This document shows, piece after piece, positions 13,925 through 27,249 of a stretch of 64,000 nucleotides of DNA. Source of the stretch: Octopus sinensis (Eukaryota); assembly GCF_006345805.1 (NCBI RefSeq), contig NC_043015.1, positions 22,010,001-22,074,000 of the forward strand. The letters are read 5' to 3'. The notes beneath the pieces are model-generated. The model was given only the letters and a program-made list of their open reading frames with translations, made no database searches and was not told the origin of the DNA. The position numbers and the translations under genes were made by a program. Every line of letters begins with the position of its first letter. The stretch's first letter is position 1.

Positions 13925-14090
13925 ACAAGCATCCGAGGGAACAAGTCAATTACATCGGGCCAGTAACTGGTACATTATTTTATCTACACTGAAGGGATGA
14001 AATGTAAAGATGACCACGGCAGTATTTGAAAGGAAGCAATACTGCTAAGCATTTTTCGTTATGAGCAGACAATTCAACCAGCTCGCCGTA
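13925..14090 (-). mobile_element. SINE family B, old diverged copy
   Basis: AAGTCAATTACATCG...AACTGGTAC...GAAGGGATGAAATGTAAAG...CAGCTCGCCG resembles 22293-22522. Confidence 0.5.
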
Positions 14091-14784
14091 TTTCATTCTT
14101 TATACATCGTAAATAATAATTGCAAAGAAATAAAAAGAAAACTGACCGTCTGAACTATTGCCTGATATTCGCACCTGGCTCTAAAAAATATCTCTATTAA
14201 TGGAGGTTTTGTAACCACATATATTGATCGATAAAATTCAAAAGAAAAAATTATGCAGTGAAGGAAAAACCAGTAACATATATGGTTTTACGATGTTTTT
14301 TTTTTTTTCACCCTAAGTAATTCTTTTCCACTACAAATTGAAAGTCCGAGTTAAATATTTAATATATCAATATCTAGTTAATGTCTAACCACATAACTAT
14401 CTATTGATTTTTCTGAAATGCCTCCCCTGAGTTGAGCTAAAATATGTGAAGCCAGCCCACGTATATTTTATTCTCTGCATTACTCTGTCGTTTTTCTTAT
14501 CTCATTTCCTCACGTCGTTGCTGTCGTTCCTCGGACTTCTCTAAAATAAAACGAAGGAAAATGTCGGAGGCGTTATAATGTTACTATATAACTTTTTCTT
14601 ATCTTAGAAGGTCAATCTAATATTATTGATTGGTAACGACCCCAGGATATTTTCTGTGTCTGATTTATATATATATATAAGTGTGTGTATATGTGTATCT
14701 AGTGTAGGTGTGTATGCACATATCTATGTATACATACATATGTACATACATACATGCAAGCAGGCATACATACAAACACACATA

Positions 14785-14842
<58 letters not shown>

Positions 14843-14844
<2 letters not shown>

Positions 14845-15236
14845 TATTAAATCTCTGAGTGAGTGGTAAACAGTAACAGTACGGAATTGCAAAATATATT
14901 TGCCAACTAAATGTGTCGGTCCCATAGATGACAAGGTTACTGTTCATTGTTTTACCCCCGGCTTGTCGTTGAAGAAAGCATATAGTATCTTGCGAGTGGA
15001 ATGAGTTTTCATCACATGCTGGTGATTTTCACACACTGAAGACAGGTAACTACTCAGAAACGCGGGTCTGTGTTTATCACGTAAAGCTACAAATGAGGCC
15101 GATGACCTGCCCTTGCAAATAATCAGTCACAGACAGCGTGTCGTTAACCAGCTGGAGGAGATGTCTTCCTGAGGCTAAAAACAATAGTAGCAACGTCCTC
15201 TATGGGACCGCCACATTTATTTGTCAAATATATTAT
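14843..15236 (+). mobile_element. Small non-coding element with ~40-bp inverted arms containing a hammerhead motif
   Basis: 14893-14932 is the reverse complement of 15195-15234 with 4 mismatches; leader shared with 3465-3528; flanked by microsatellites. Confidence 0.6.
15031..15073 (+). ncRNA. Type I hammerhead ribozyme-like motif
   Basis: ACACA CTGAAGA caggtaactactca GAAA C gcgg GT C TGTGT: 5-bp stem I, intact core, GUC site, stem II partly mismatched. Confidence 0.6.
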
Positions 15237-15292
15237 ACATACATACACACACACATACATACATACATACATACATACATACACACACACAT

Positions 15293-15325
<33 letters not shown>

Positions 15326-16059
15326 CATGCATACATACACATATATATATATATATACATATATATATATCAAAGATATAGCTAATACGCAGACACTATC
15401 TCAGCGCAAAATTAGAAAATATAGAAAAATATATTAATGTCAATATTAGTATTTATCATTGAAGTACATTATATAACAAGCCAATAGTATTTTTGACGGT
15501 ATTCTAGCGTAACATTTGATTATATAGAGATAAAACCACACAATATTATTTCCTTCACATTACATTCCGAATGAAATACTTACGGCGGATTGGTGAAACC
15601 TGAGTGCTTTCGAATAAAATGCTTCAGGTATTCACTGCTGTTGTTTTTTAATCCCCCACTGAACAACTTGGTATTATAATCTTGGTGAAACTTTGAATTC
15701 CAATGGTCAGGTGAAGTTTTTGACGCCCTCATCTCCGATTTTTCTGTAAACAAAGTCGTGTGTGATGTTCCTAATCGAAACGTGTTTTCCCTAAGATCAA
15801 CGTTGAAGGAGATTGCTTGTGCGATTAATGAATCTTTTGTTTTTCTTAGAGATTCAGTGTCGTTTCAAAGAGACTGTTGAATTGCTCTGAAAGGAGATTT
15901 ACTCGAGCTTGAAGTTGAAACATCTACAAAATTTGAGCGTAGAAAAACGCTGAACACATGATGCTGCTTTTACTGTCGCTATGGTTCTCTGTCGATTCGA
16001 CTATGACGTTTGCTGTGCCGCGTCTTCTGTCCTACCACGAACTAGATGAATATATAGAT

Positions 16060-16330
16060 GCAGTAAAAGATCTGTGGCAGGGAGACAGGGTCATGCATAA
16101 ACCAGGCATGAATGAAGGAGGAACAGCGTTGTTGGTTCATTCGGCACCAAAGTTTCACATTACACCGTGTATATCTTTTCATCTCAACTATCTGTTTGAA
16201 GCAACTTCTTCAAGCTCCAACGCAGGCGTTGACGATGCATTCATGTTGCCCTTCCAGACAATTCATGTAACAACTTCACTGCCAAGGGCCCTCTATTCGT
16301 CCACGAGAGTATTCTGTTGAGGGCAGCCGT
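16060..16330 (-). mobile_element. Possible RTE LINE C-terminal fragment
   Basis: Minus translation PLAVKLLHELSGRAT*MHRQRLRWSLK resembles the G.R..GR.RLRW motif at RTE ORF ends. Confidence 0.3.
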
Positions 16331-16551
16331 GTCTATACTACGTGAATGACATCCACATTACAGTGGAGTATGTGTGACATAATCCTTGTTTTGGTACTAA
16401 TGAGATGTGTAAGCTTGAAATTTTTACATTTACAAGATAAGGTGCGGCTAAGTTAGGTATTATCAAGTGTTATACTTATAATATTACCACATTGCTGGCA
16501 AATGCCATGATTAACAATAAATAACTCATGTTCAACTCTGAGTTTACTGAA

Positions 16552-16557
16552 CTGCTG

Positions 16558-16615
<58 letters not shown>

Positions 16616-16622
16616 CACCACC

Positions 16623-16677
<55 letters not shown>

Positions 16678-16686
16678 TTGCTGCTG

Positions 16687-16720
<34 letters not shown>

Positions 16721-16735
16721 GTTTGTTGCTGCTGC
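16552..16735. repeat. Compound (CTA)n(CCA)n(CTG)n microsatellite
   Basis: Direct reading. Confidence 0.95.
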
Positions 16736-17809
16736 ATACGATTTGAAAATGGCATTATGGTTATGCACTGCATCTAACAAGCCATCCTTCCTGGCACCGG
16801 AGTCTGTACGTCGTATTTCCTCTTGGTCTACATTTCACGAAACTCTATCAAACATGATCTAAATAAATAAGGACACATTAGACAATGGAACGCAATTTGT
16901 TGTAAAGAGCTAGCATGGCCATAACACGACTGGTCATTAATGATAGGTATGCCTTAACATGTATAGCAAAGGGCTAAACTATCGTAACGACAGCTTGTCC
17001 TAATCACCTTAAACTTTTCAAACAAATATGAAAGGTCTTATTCGTCGCATTTGCTGTTCTTTATGCTAAAATAAGACCTGATCTTGCAAACTTGTGACAA
17101 AGACCAATGAAATATTGATGACTAGTTTTCTTTCTTTATCATTTAGAAAAAATTACGCCATATCACGTTATCCAATATTCGATTTCTCACATGGTAGTGG
17201 GTGGAAAGTACAGATATATTAGCTGCTCTTTCTAGCAGATTGTATGACCATGTTGCAGCTTCCTCGTGGGTACAAATGTTCAAAGCTAAAATATATAAAC
17301 GTTTGATTTCTTTCTTAATTACAATATCTCAGCGTTTTATTCTATCTCGCTCCTTACTTATATTTACGACATGATATTTCTCTATTTGTTTATCGTTTAA
17401 TGCATTAGATATTATTATAACTTGCAATTTTCCTATTCTTTCTTTTGTTTCCCATTTTTCAAATATCTTTCTGATTGTTTTATTTTTAATTCTGAGTTTC
17501 CTATTTCTTGTTTGCACATCAAGTTATTTTCTAGAAAGTTTTATACTTTTATGTATTTATTGTGTATATTTCACTGTTAGTTACTTAATTCCCTGCTATT
17601 TCTCCTCCGCTTTTCTTTTCTTATTTTCTACGTCTAGAAGATAATTAAGATTAAAACATTAATTAAAATGGTATTTATTTATGACTATGCGAGGTCAAAG
17701 AGGAAATTGATCGTTATGATAACATTAGTGCCAGGGGAATTTCGGGGAACGATGATAAGATCGAAACTTTGAGGCGAACTAAAAAAAATCAAAAACGTAG
17801 GAATAACAT

Positions 17810-17904
17810 CAAATAACAACATCTAATAATAGTGACAACAACAACGACAACGACGATGACAATAATAGTAATAATAATAATAATGATAATATTAATAATA
17901 AAAC

Positions 17905-17939
<35 letters not shown>

Positions 17940-17995
17940 CCATGATAATAATAAAAATAAAAATAAAAATAAAAATAATAATAATAATGATAATA

Positions 17996-18037
<42 letters not shown>

Positions 18038-18085
18038 TTGATGATGATGATGATGATGATGATGACGATAACAATACTAATAGAA
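17810..18085. repeat. Compound (AAT)n/(GAT)n microsatellite
   Basis: Direct reading. Confidence 0.95.
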
Positions 18086-18639
18086 ATTAGAAGCAGAAAC
18101 AAGAGGAGGAAAGGGAAGAGGAGAGGTAAAATACAAACAAATGAAACTCAAATATTTCAATTATTATTTCTTCAATCGATTATTGAGATTACCGGGCGAA
18201 TTGTTGAAATCTAAATCATAATGAAAGGGTTACTTCCATTCACTGTGTATTCAGGCTGCGCTCAACATTCAAACAAATTAAATATAAAGAAAGCACCTCT
18301 GGCATCCGTTCTCCTCTATTTTGTATTCTATTGTTTACCAGATGACATCTAATACATACAAACCACCTACAAATATTTGTATGCACGCACGTAGGGTTTA
18401 TATGCATGTATGAATATATAAATATAATATTTATATCTAGCTGTGAATATCTTTAGTTATCACAGCCATCTATCTGCGGATATGTGTGCGTGTGTGTATG
18501 CACGTGTCTCTTTGTAAGTGCGCAAGGATGTTTGTGTCTATGTGTGAATGTATGTATATATATATATACACACCTATATATATATATACATCTAAATATA
18601 TACACACACACACACACAAACACATATATGTATAGGGAG

Positions 18640-18810
18640 AGTTTACGAAAAAAACAAAAGACGAAGACAGGTGGTGTACAAAACAAACAGATGTATTAGT
18701 ATAACGCTCAGGAATAGAAAAAGTCTTTTACGTTTCGAACCTACGCTCTTCTACAGAAAGGGACACAGAAAAACAAGGAGAGAAAAAATGTGTAGTGGCT
18801 AACGATCTAT
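18640..18810 (-). mobile_element. Dispersed repeat family P2 with minimal hammerhead motif (PLE pseudo-LTR-like)
   Basis: Homologous to 18872-18975 (plus), 49695-49875 and ~40960-41010. Confidence 0.55.
18725..18760 (-). ncRNA. Minimal type I hammerhead-like motif with one core substitution
   Basis: CTTT CTGTAGA A GAGC gtag GTTC GAAA CGT A AAAG; the A6 position is U. Confidence 0.5.
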
Positions 18811-18842
18811 CATGGCGATATTTATATAAATATATATATAGC

Positions 18843-18871
<29 letters not shown>

Positions 18872-18873
<2 letters not shown>

Positions 18874-18975
18874 GAAGAGCATAGACTCGAAAAAGTAAAA
18901 GACTTTCTCACCTTCCCGGACGTCAAACTGCTTGTTGTTTATACACCTGTCTTCGTTTTTTTTTCTGTAAATTCT
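18872..18975 (+). mobile_element. Family P2 copy, inverted relative to 18640-18810
   Basis: ATGAAGAGCATAGACTCGAAAAAGTAAAAGACTTT...CACCTGTCTTCG. Confidence 0.5.
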
Positions 18976-19414
18976 GTATATATATACATTCACACACACA
19001 CACACACACACAAACACACGCATATATATATAAATGAATATGTGCATGTTGATCTATCTTTCTAAATCTATCCAGCTCTCCTCTTTCTCTCTCTAATAAG
19101 CACACACACAAACACACACTCATACATACACGCACACATATATCTATGTGTTTGTTTTTAATTTTATAATTTGTTTTACAGTTATTTCCTGAAAATTTCT
19201 AGCGTAGAAACGTAATAGATATTTTGATATATAGATGATTAATATTGATAATTTACCCTATGTCCATTCGTCCTTGGTTGTTCAAACTGTAATAGAATTT
19301 TGAATCTCACACATACTCTTTGCAACTGTATTTCTTTAATTCGTACAAATAAAATTCTTATCGCATCCCTCAAATCACGTATAGGTGAAGGATTATTTGA
19401 ATATGTTTTAACGT

Positions 19415-19730
19415 TATTCTTTTAATTGTTTCAGTCATTTGATTGCCGCCATGCTGGAGCACCGCGTTTAGTTGAAGAAAACAACCCCAAGACGTATTCT
19501 TTGTAAGTCTAGATTCCAACGTTATCTTTCACCGAACCGCTAATTTTCTGGGACAAAAATACACATGCATAAGCATATACGACGGACTTCTTTCTGTTTC
19601 CGCCTAACAAATCCACTCACAGGCTTTGGTCGGCCTAAGACTAAAGTAGAAGACACTTGCCCAAGTCGCAGTGGGACTGAACCCGGGCCTTTGTGGTTGG
19701 GAAGCAAAGTTCTTACCACACAGCCACACC
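19415..19730 (-). mobile_element. SINE family A with partly deleted middle
   Basis: Tail TTTCAGTCATTTGATTGCCGCCATGCTGGAGCACCGC and head ACCACACAGCCAC. Confidence 0.8.
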
Positions 19731-19961
19731 TCCATTATCTGGATCATATACTTAAACTAAAAGTTAGTTATGAATATATTGTACCATATATAAAAGGAAA
19801 TCCTATCCAAATTGATGCTATCTATATATTTTAGTGTATTTGTTAATACATACTCACATGCTTTTCCTCAGCTGATCAACAATTACAAAATCTAAGTGCA
19901 TGTTTGTATACACACGCACACATACACCTATACCTTCGCAGAAACACTCACACACACACAC

Positions 19962-20029
<68 letters not shown>

Positions 20030-20200
20030 GACGAGCTTCTCTCAGTTTCTATCAACCCAATCGACTCATAAGCGTTTCGTATTCCTGAGACAAGAGTAGA
20101 AGACACCTGCACCCAAGTTGCCACGAAGTGTGACTGAAATTTGAAGTATGTGCTTGGCTAGCAAATTCTATGTCATACAGCGAAACCACACTACGATATG
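20030..20200 (-). mobile_element. SINE family A head, diverged
   Basis: ACGACGAGCTTCTCTCAGTTTC...GTAGAAGACAC. Confidence 0.55.
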
Positions 20201-20422
20201 CCAATACTTACAAACATACATGCATACATATATACATACATACGTACAAACATGCATACACTTGCACACAAATAAACGGAAACTTACACACACACATAAT
20301 TACACAGGTATGGTGATGTTAGCAGGAAAAATAATTTGATAAATGCTAATGTACGAAAGTGTCAAACCTCCAATCACTCTGTTACTTCTGCTAAATGTTA
20401 ATAAATGTAATTATATATATAT

Positions 20423-20490
<68 letters not shown>

Positions 20491-20623
20491 TATATTACAT
20501 TATATAATTATATAATGTAATATTTTGAATTCGCCTTAAATGGTCCTTTTACATACTGAACACTTGGTGAAATTGATTAATTAATTAATTTTACCCTCAA
20601 TTGTTGTTATATATATATATATA

Positions 20624-21448
20624 TATGACTGACGCCATCGCGTCGTCTCGTTTCGTTTCTTTTCTCCAAGTAAGTTTTTATATATAATAATGACGCGAAC
20701 TCTGTAACCCTTTGCTTGACCTTTCCTTCCTTCCTGTCTGTCTGTCTTCCTCTTTGCCTGTCACTCTCCTTCTTATTTTTCACCCTTTCTGGTTCCCTTT
20801 CCTCTCTATCTCTCTCTTTCTCACTCCTCCTCATCTCTCTCACTGCCAAGTGGGCTATCAACTCCCTTTCACTCGCAGCTTTCTACAAGTCAACACGACT
20901 TTTCTTGCGCTCCGAATTTTTCCATCGTCTAGACTTAAGAAAAAGCCCTCAATGTTAGTTTCATTGTCCTGTTTTTATTGTTTATGTGTACTGTATTTTA
21001 TTTGTATTTGTATTGCTTTTACGTCCTGTTCTTGTCACATTATTTTCTTTCCTTGTTTTTACCCCTCTGCAAAGGAATTTTATTTAATTCTTTTGCAGGA
21101 AGGACTGGTCGACCGGATCGTTTTCTGTCCTTACCTTCGAAACACGCGTTGAGTCGAACCAGTGACAGCTGATGAAGGGGAATATTCCTTGTATTTTTTG
21201 TCTTGTACTATGTTTTTTCGTTGTTAAAAAAAGTCCGTTTCCTAGTTTGTTTTTATGTTTTCGTTTCTCGTTGAGTTCTACGTTTATTTGAGGTGTCCTG
21301 TACTCCTATATATATATATGCATGTATATATACATGCAGACGTAGGTACGTACATATATGTATGTATGTATGCATATATTTTATTTATTAAATTATTGTA
21401 TGACTGGGCGCCATCGCGTCGTCTCGTTTCGTTTCTTTCCTCAAAGTA

Positions 21449-21453
<5 letters not shown>
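20624..21453 (+). mobile_element. Family P1 element bounded by 55-bp direct repeats
   Basis: TATGACTG(A/GG)CGCCATCGCGTCGTCTCGTTTCGTTTCTTT..AAGTAAGTTT at 20624-20678 and 21399-21453. Confidence 0.6.
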
Positions 21454-21491
<38 letters not shown>

Positions 21492-21531
21492 TATATATAT
21501 ATGTATATATATGTATATATATATATGAATG

Positions 21532-21562
<31 letters not shown>

Positions 21563-22292
21563 CACATACATACATATATATAATTATCCTTTGGTATTGA
21601 CAAAGCCAGATATAAGGTTCCACTGCTTAGATAGTCTAGTAGGCTGTCACGATATAAATTTATTTATCACCTTCGTCCAGAATACAGCAACAACTGCCAA
21701 AAGATTTATTTTGGGATGATTGAAGACTACATGCCCCCCATTGTCTTCGAAGTGTAAGTAACTAGGTCACTACACTCAATTATTCACCACACTGCTATAA
21801 CCTCCTCTAACCTCTAAATTGTTTTAGGTTCAACACTCCATAGACTATTTTATAAACTCGATCTGCTAAAGTTAAAAGCAGCGGAATCAATGTGAATATT
21901 TATGCTCCAGTTGGTGATACGAATATGTTGAAGCAGTTGCTTGGTTCTTTGTGTGTGACGTCTTAACAGTCATCTGACGAAAACCGTTTCTTTCCAATGA
22001 TGTAATGTTTTCATTAATCAATTAAAGGAGTCGCTTGAAACAGCCGCAATGAATTGACACCTGCACATCATTCTTATTCATTTATAGTTTATATGATCTA
22101 GCAGGCTGTCCTGATATAAATGAATTTATACAAATGTACACACACCCACACGCACACATATACATGTACACATATTAATATTTAGAAGTAACAGAATGAC
22201 TCAAGGTACGACAGTTTATATATATACATATATACATACATATATATATAAATATATACATACATATATACATACATATATATATATATATA

Positions 22293-22522
22293 TTTCTTTA
22301 CTACCCACAAGGGGCTAAACACAGGGGAGACAAAGAAGGACAGACAAAGGGATTAAGTCGATTACATCGACCCCAGTGCGTAACTGGTACTTAATTTATC
22401 GACCCCGGAAGGATGAAAGGCAAAGTCGACCTCGGCGGAATTTGAACTCGAAACGTAACGGCTAACGAAATACGGCAACGCATTTCGCCCGGCGTGCAAA
22501 CGCTTCTAGCAGCTCGCCGCCT
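22293..22522 (-). mobile_element. SINE family B, well preserved
   Basis: tRNA-like head with GAGTTCAAATTCC B-box on minus; central ACTGGTACTTAATTTATCGACCCCGGAAGGATGAAAGGCAAAGTCGACC (resembles the Meta-type SINE core, from memory). Confidence 0.85.
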
Positions 22523-24344
22523 ATATATATATAACAGCTGCAACAGCTGAATGAGTGAAAGAGTAAAAAATAAAAATATATTATTTATGAACAGTTTGAC
22601 ACGACTCTATGCTCGTTAACCTTTTGTGGGTTCACAAAAAGAATTATTCTCTTCAAAATTATGTATATATATACACACACACATATTTATGTATATTATG
22701 TATCCTTGTATGCATGCATATATGTATTGAGCAAAAGAACAATAGCTAAATGAAAGTGTACAATATCAGGAATGTATTTTCATATTACATTTTCTCAATG
22801 AATTGTCTTCAATATTAATGCAATGAAATATTTTGTTTGTATAGAAAACAATGTTGATAATGTAGAATGTGGTGGAATTGTATTCAGAAATATTTGTGAT
22901 AATTAAGAATAAGTAATAAGAGAAACCGTATATATTATAGAATTATTTGTGTAAGTATAGATAATAATTATTTTTAGGTTTATGAAGCATGAAATATGAA
23001 GATATTTACAGAAAAGGTAACTAAAACAAACCAGATATATTTGAAATCATTTTGGCGTATTTCAAAAATGAATAATGCTCAAGTTCACATTGAAACCTAA
23101 ATGATACGACTGGTGATGTATTGTTGGTAAATTTACAGACCTGAAAACACATAGATAAATATGACTTGTGGTAATGTAATTAACTTTAATAAATTGTTAT
23201 GTATAAAGTTTGTCATGTTACTTGTAAGTGTTAACGAAATATAAAAGGCATTAATATACTGGAATAACAAGTTAATAATATACGCAGATTTACATAATAT
23301 ATTTTTATATTTTTTAGCAGACATTTTGCATCAATTTGTAAAATAATACATCTCAAACATTCTGCACCATTTCTGTTAATGGATAATAAAAAAGAAAATC
23401 AAAGGTGCTGATTTAATTATTGACGGGTAAAATATTTTATTAAGTAGGAATACTTTGAGAAAAAAAGGTAGTGGGTGACGATTTTCTTCATTACTTCAGG
23501 AAGTGACGATCCTGCCTGACATGAGTCCCGAGCCTAGCTGTCTCCGTCTGACAATACCCGACATTTCTGGCAGCTCCTGCAACCAAGCTGGTACTAAACG
23601 TAATGCTCTGCGCTCCTTTTGATTACGTTAGCAGAGTTGAGAGAGAAATCCCGACAATTATGCTACCCAGGATTTTCCTTCATCTAGCCCAGGCCTGCGC
23701 AAAACTGGAGAGGACACCTCAGTAATGCTGTAAACGGCATGAAATGTAAAATCCAGACTGGATTATTTTATGCGCAACTCCATTGTCTCCCGAGACAAAA
23801 AGATGCAAACAAAATTTACAAATAAGTTATTCATTTCGGGAGTATATTTATTATAGCAGTTTATTCAAAGTTAAATTTGGGTGGAAAAAGGCAAAAGGTA
23901 AGGAATTTACTGAGCGCTGTACTATCAAAACTATTGAAAACTACACAAGTATATAAATCATATATGTATACACATACACACCGCAGACACATAAGTGTAT
24001 GTGCATGTGTATGTGTCGTGGTATATGCCTTTAGATTATATATGTATGCATATATAATCTATATATGGTTAAGCAATGGCGAATTTAGCGAAGGGATATA
24101 TAAAATATCCCGGAAACAGCTGTAAGACCTATTTATAAAAGTTCTAAAATCATTCACATCTTTGGATTTTTATCTCATTCTGAAAAAAAAAATGATATAT
24201 ACACATGTTGATATACGACCTACTTTGGGCTCCTTATTCGCATAATCATCGAACCTGGAGTTTAACTATGGTCCGTCCATAGACTTACTCAGCATTACCT
24301 GACACCTTTGGGTCTTATTGTCACCATTACCTCTCATAACCTAC

Positions 24345-25171
<827 letters not shown>

Positions 25172-25222
25172 CTATTTGTTCCATGCACCTCCCTTCGTCT
25201 TTGCACCTCTTTTATAAATTTG

Positions 25223-25264
<42 letters not shown>

Positions 25265-25904
25265 AAAATATTCTATTTAAATAGAAATATGATAACGATT
25301 CATTAAATATTGCTACTCTTTACCACTTTTTTTTCTGTAAAATATAGGATGTTCAGTGTGCGGAGGTTAATCTAATATTACAGCTGTTACCCTTACGTTA
25401 AGTTGGCTGGAAGACACATAGGAAAAAAAGTAAATTAAATTATGAAATATATCGAAGTAAGCAAATAAAAAATAACCTATCAAAAATGGATGTTACAGAG
25501 TCTCGAAACATAATCTAAAAATAGAGATCGCAAAATAAAGCAGTATTAGTTATCTGCTGCAGTCATTTATGTAGTCGCATCAATCTAACTGAATAGCATC
25601 TTTGGGAAATATTTTTTTTCTGATAACCTGGTTTGGCCATTATATTGTGCATAAAATTGTTTCAACGGGTACTCTATGAATGCCCTTCATGTGTTTGTAT
25701 CTTTAATTCAAAAGGGGCACCCTAGTTTCATATTATTATACCTGGAAATTAGTGTGAACTGCTGAACGTCTTTTACGCTGATCCTTGCGCAAATAATTCT
25801 GTTAATCAAAGTCGTCTTAAACGTCAGACAACTGAGATACACCATCAACTGTAGTCATTTGAAATTACATTATAAAGCAAGAAAATAAATCAAGATATTG
25901 ATTT

Positions 25905-26095
25905 GAAATTTTGGAGCAAGGCCAGAGAAGCATTTTAGTGTATTACATTGGCCCTCTGTGTTCAAATGGTTCTTATTTTATTGACCTCGATAAGATCAGA
26001 GGCAAATTCGACCTTAACTGAATTTGAACTCAGAACGTAAAGATAGATGAAATACCGCTAACGTTTTGCGCGGCTTCTTAACGATTCTGCCAGTT
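25905..26095 (-). mobile_element. SINE family B, diverged
   Basis: GGCAAATTCGACC...GAATTTGAACTCAGAACGTAAAG...AACGATTCTGCCAG. Confidence 0.65.
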
Positions 26096-27111
26096 TGAAA
26101 TTAAAATATTACTAAATAGCTATTAATATTTATCTGATAATTCTATTATTTCCGCCTTAGCAAAGGGGGAAGTATTGTTTCGATTGTTATGGACATTTTG
26201 TTTACTTTTACAGTGTAAAAACGATATTCTTAACGATAGTATGAAGATTAAAATGTATACATAAAACCTGTGAGTGTAGGGGAAGTCATCGACGGATTTA
26301 TTGAAAATTAGAACACTGTATTTGTTTGGATTTAAATTGTTATTTCAAATTCTAAGAGATCATTTACACGAAAATATATCGATGAAATAAAATATGACCA
26401 AAGAGTTCTGCTAATTCGGATTTTCTTCTTTGTTCATATTTCGCTTTTCTTTTTCGTCTTTTAACCAAATTTACACACGTGAAATTCTCGATGCAATCAG
26501 TTTGAAAGCACTTATAACTCCTTGTCATTGATGAGTCCCTGTACCTACCCCATGCATGTCGTTCCCTTTGAGTGTAAAATCTGATTTACGATGATATCAT
26601 TCCGAAAATCCTTACGGTAAATCACAAATAACTTGGTGACTTGCGCTGCGAGAGTAATTTGAGAGTGTGTCTAAGAGCATAGCCTCATTCCAAAAAGAAA
26701 TTATTGCCGATGCTTGTCTGGCACTTATATCATCTGGAATTTCGATATGACGGAGGCCTTTGATGACTGTGTCGGTAAAATTTGAAATCAAGTTATAAAG
26801 ATTGCACACATAAACAATTAAATTCGTTACGACTTCATTAAATTCATTCGCTTAATTAATTGTCTGCGCAACGTTTAAAAATCTGCGGTCTCTCTTGCTG
26901 TATCATATCCTCGTCCTCTATTTCTATGTACTCAAGATTGTCTGTGTGTACGTGTATGAATGTGTCTATTTATGTGTCTATTTATGTGTCTATGAATATA
27001 CACACACTTGGATATATATGCGTATGTATATACGTAGATATATATATGCACATAAATGTGTGTATATATATATATTCTTTAGAATTCACTAGAATCTCAA
27101 TTACTTAACCG

Positions 27112-27175
<64 letters not shown>

Positions 27176-27176
27176 G

Positions 27177-27249
<73 letters not shown>

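Noticed and set aside
14850-14890. CTGAGTGAG / CTGAACGAG in the leader shared with 3475 as a variant hammerhead core
   Set aside because: Extra nucleotide in the core, no GAAA, and stems do not close consistently in both copies
23490-23630. Possible exon after TTACTTCAG (EVTILPDMSPEPSCLRLTIP...)
   Set aside because: Only ~40 codons, no clear donor, no homology
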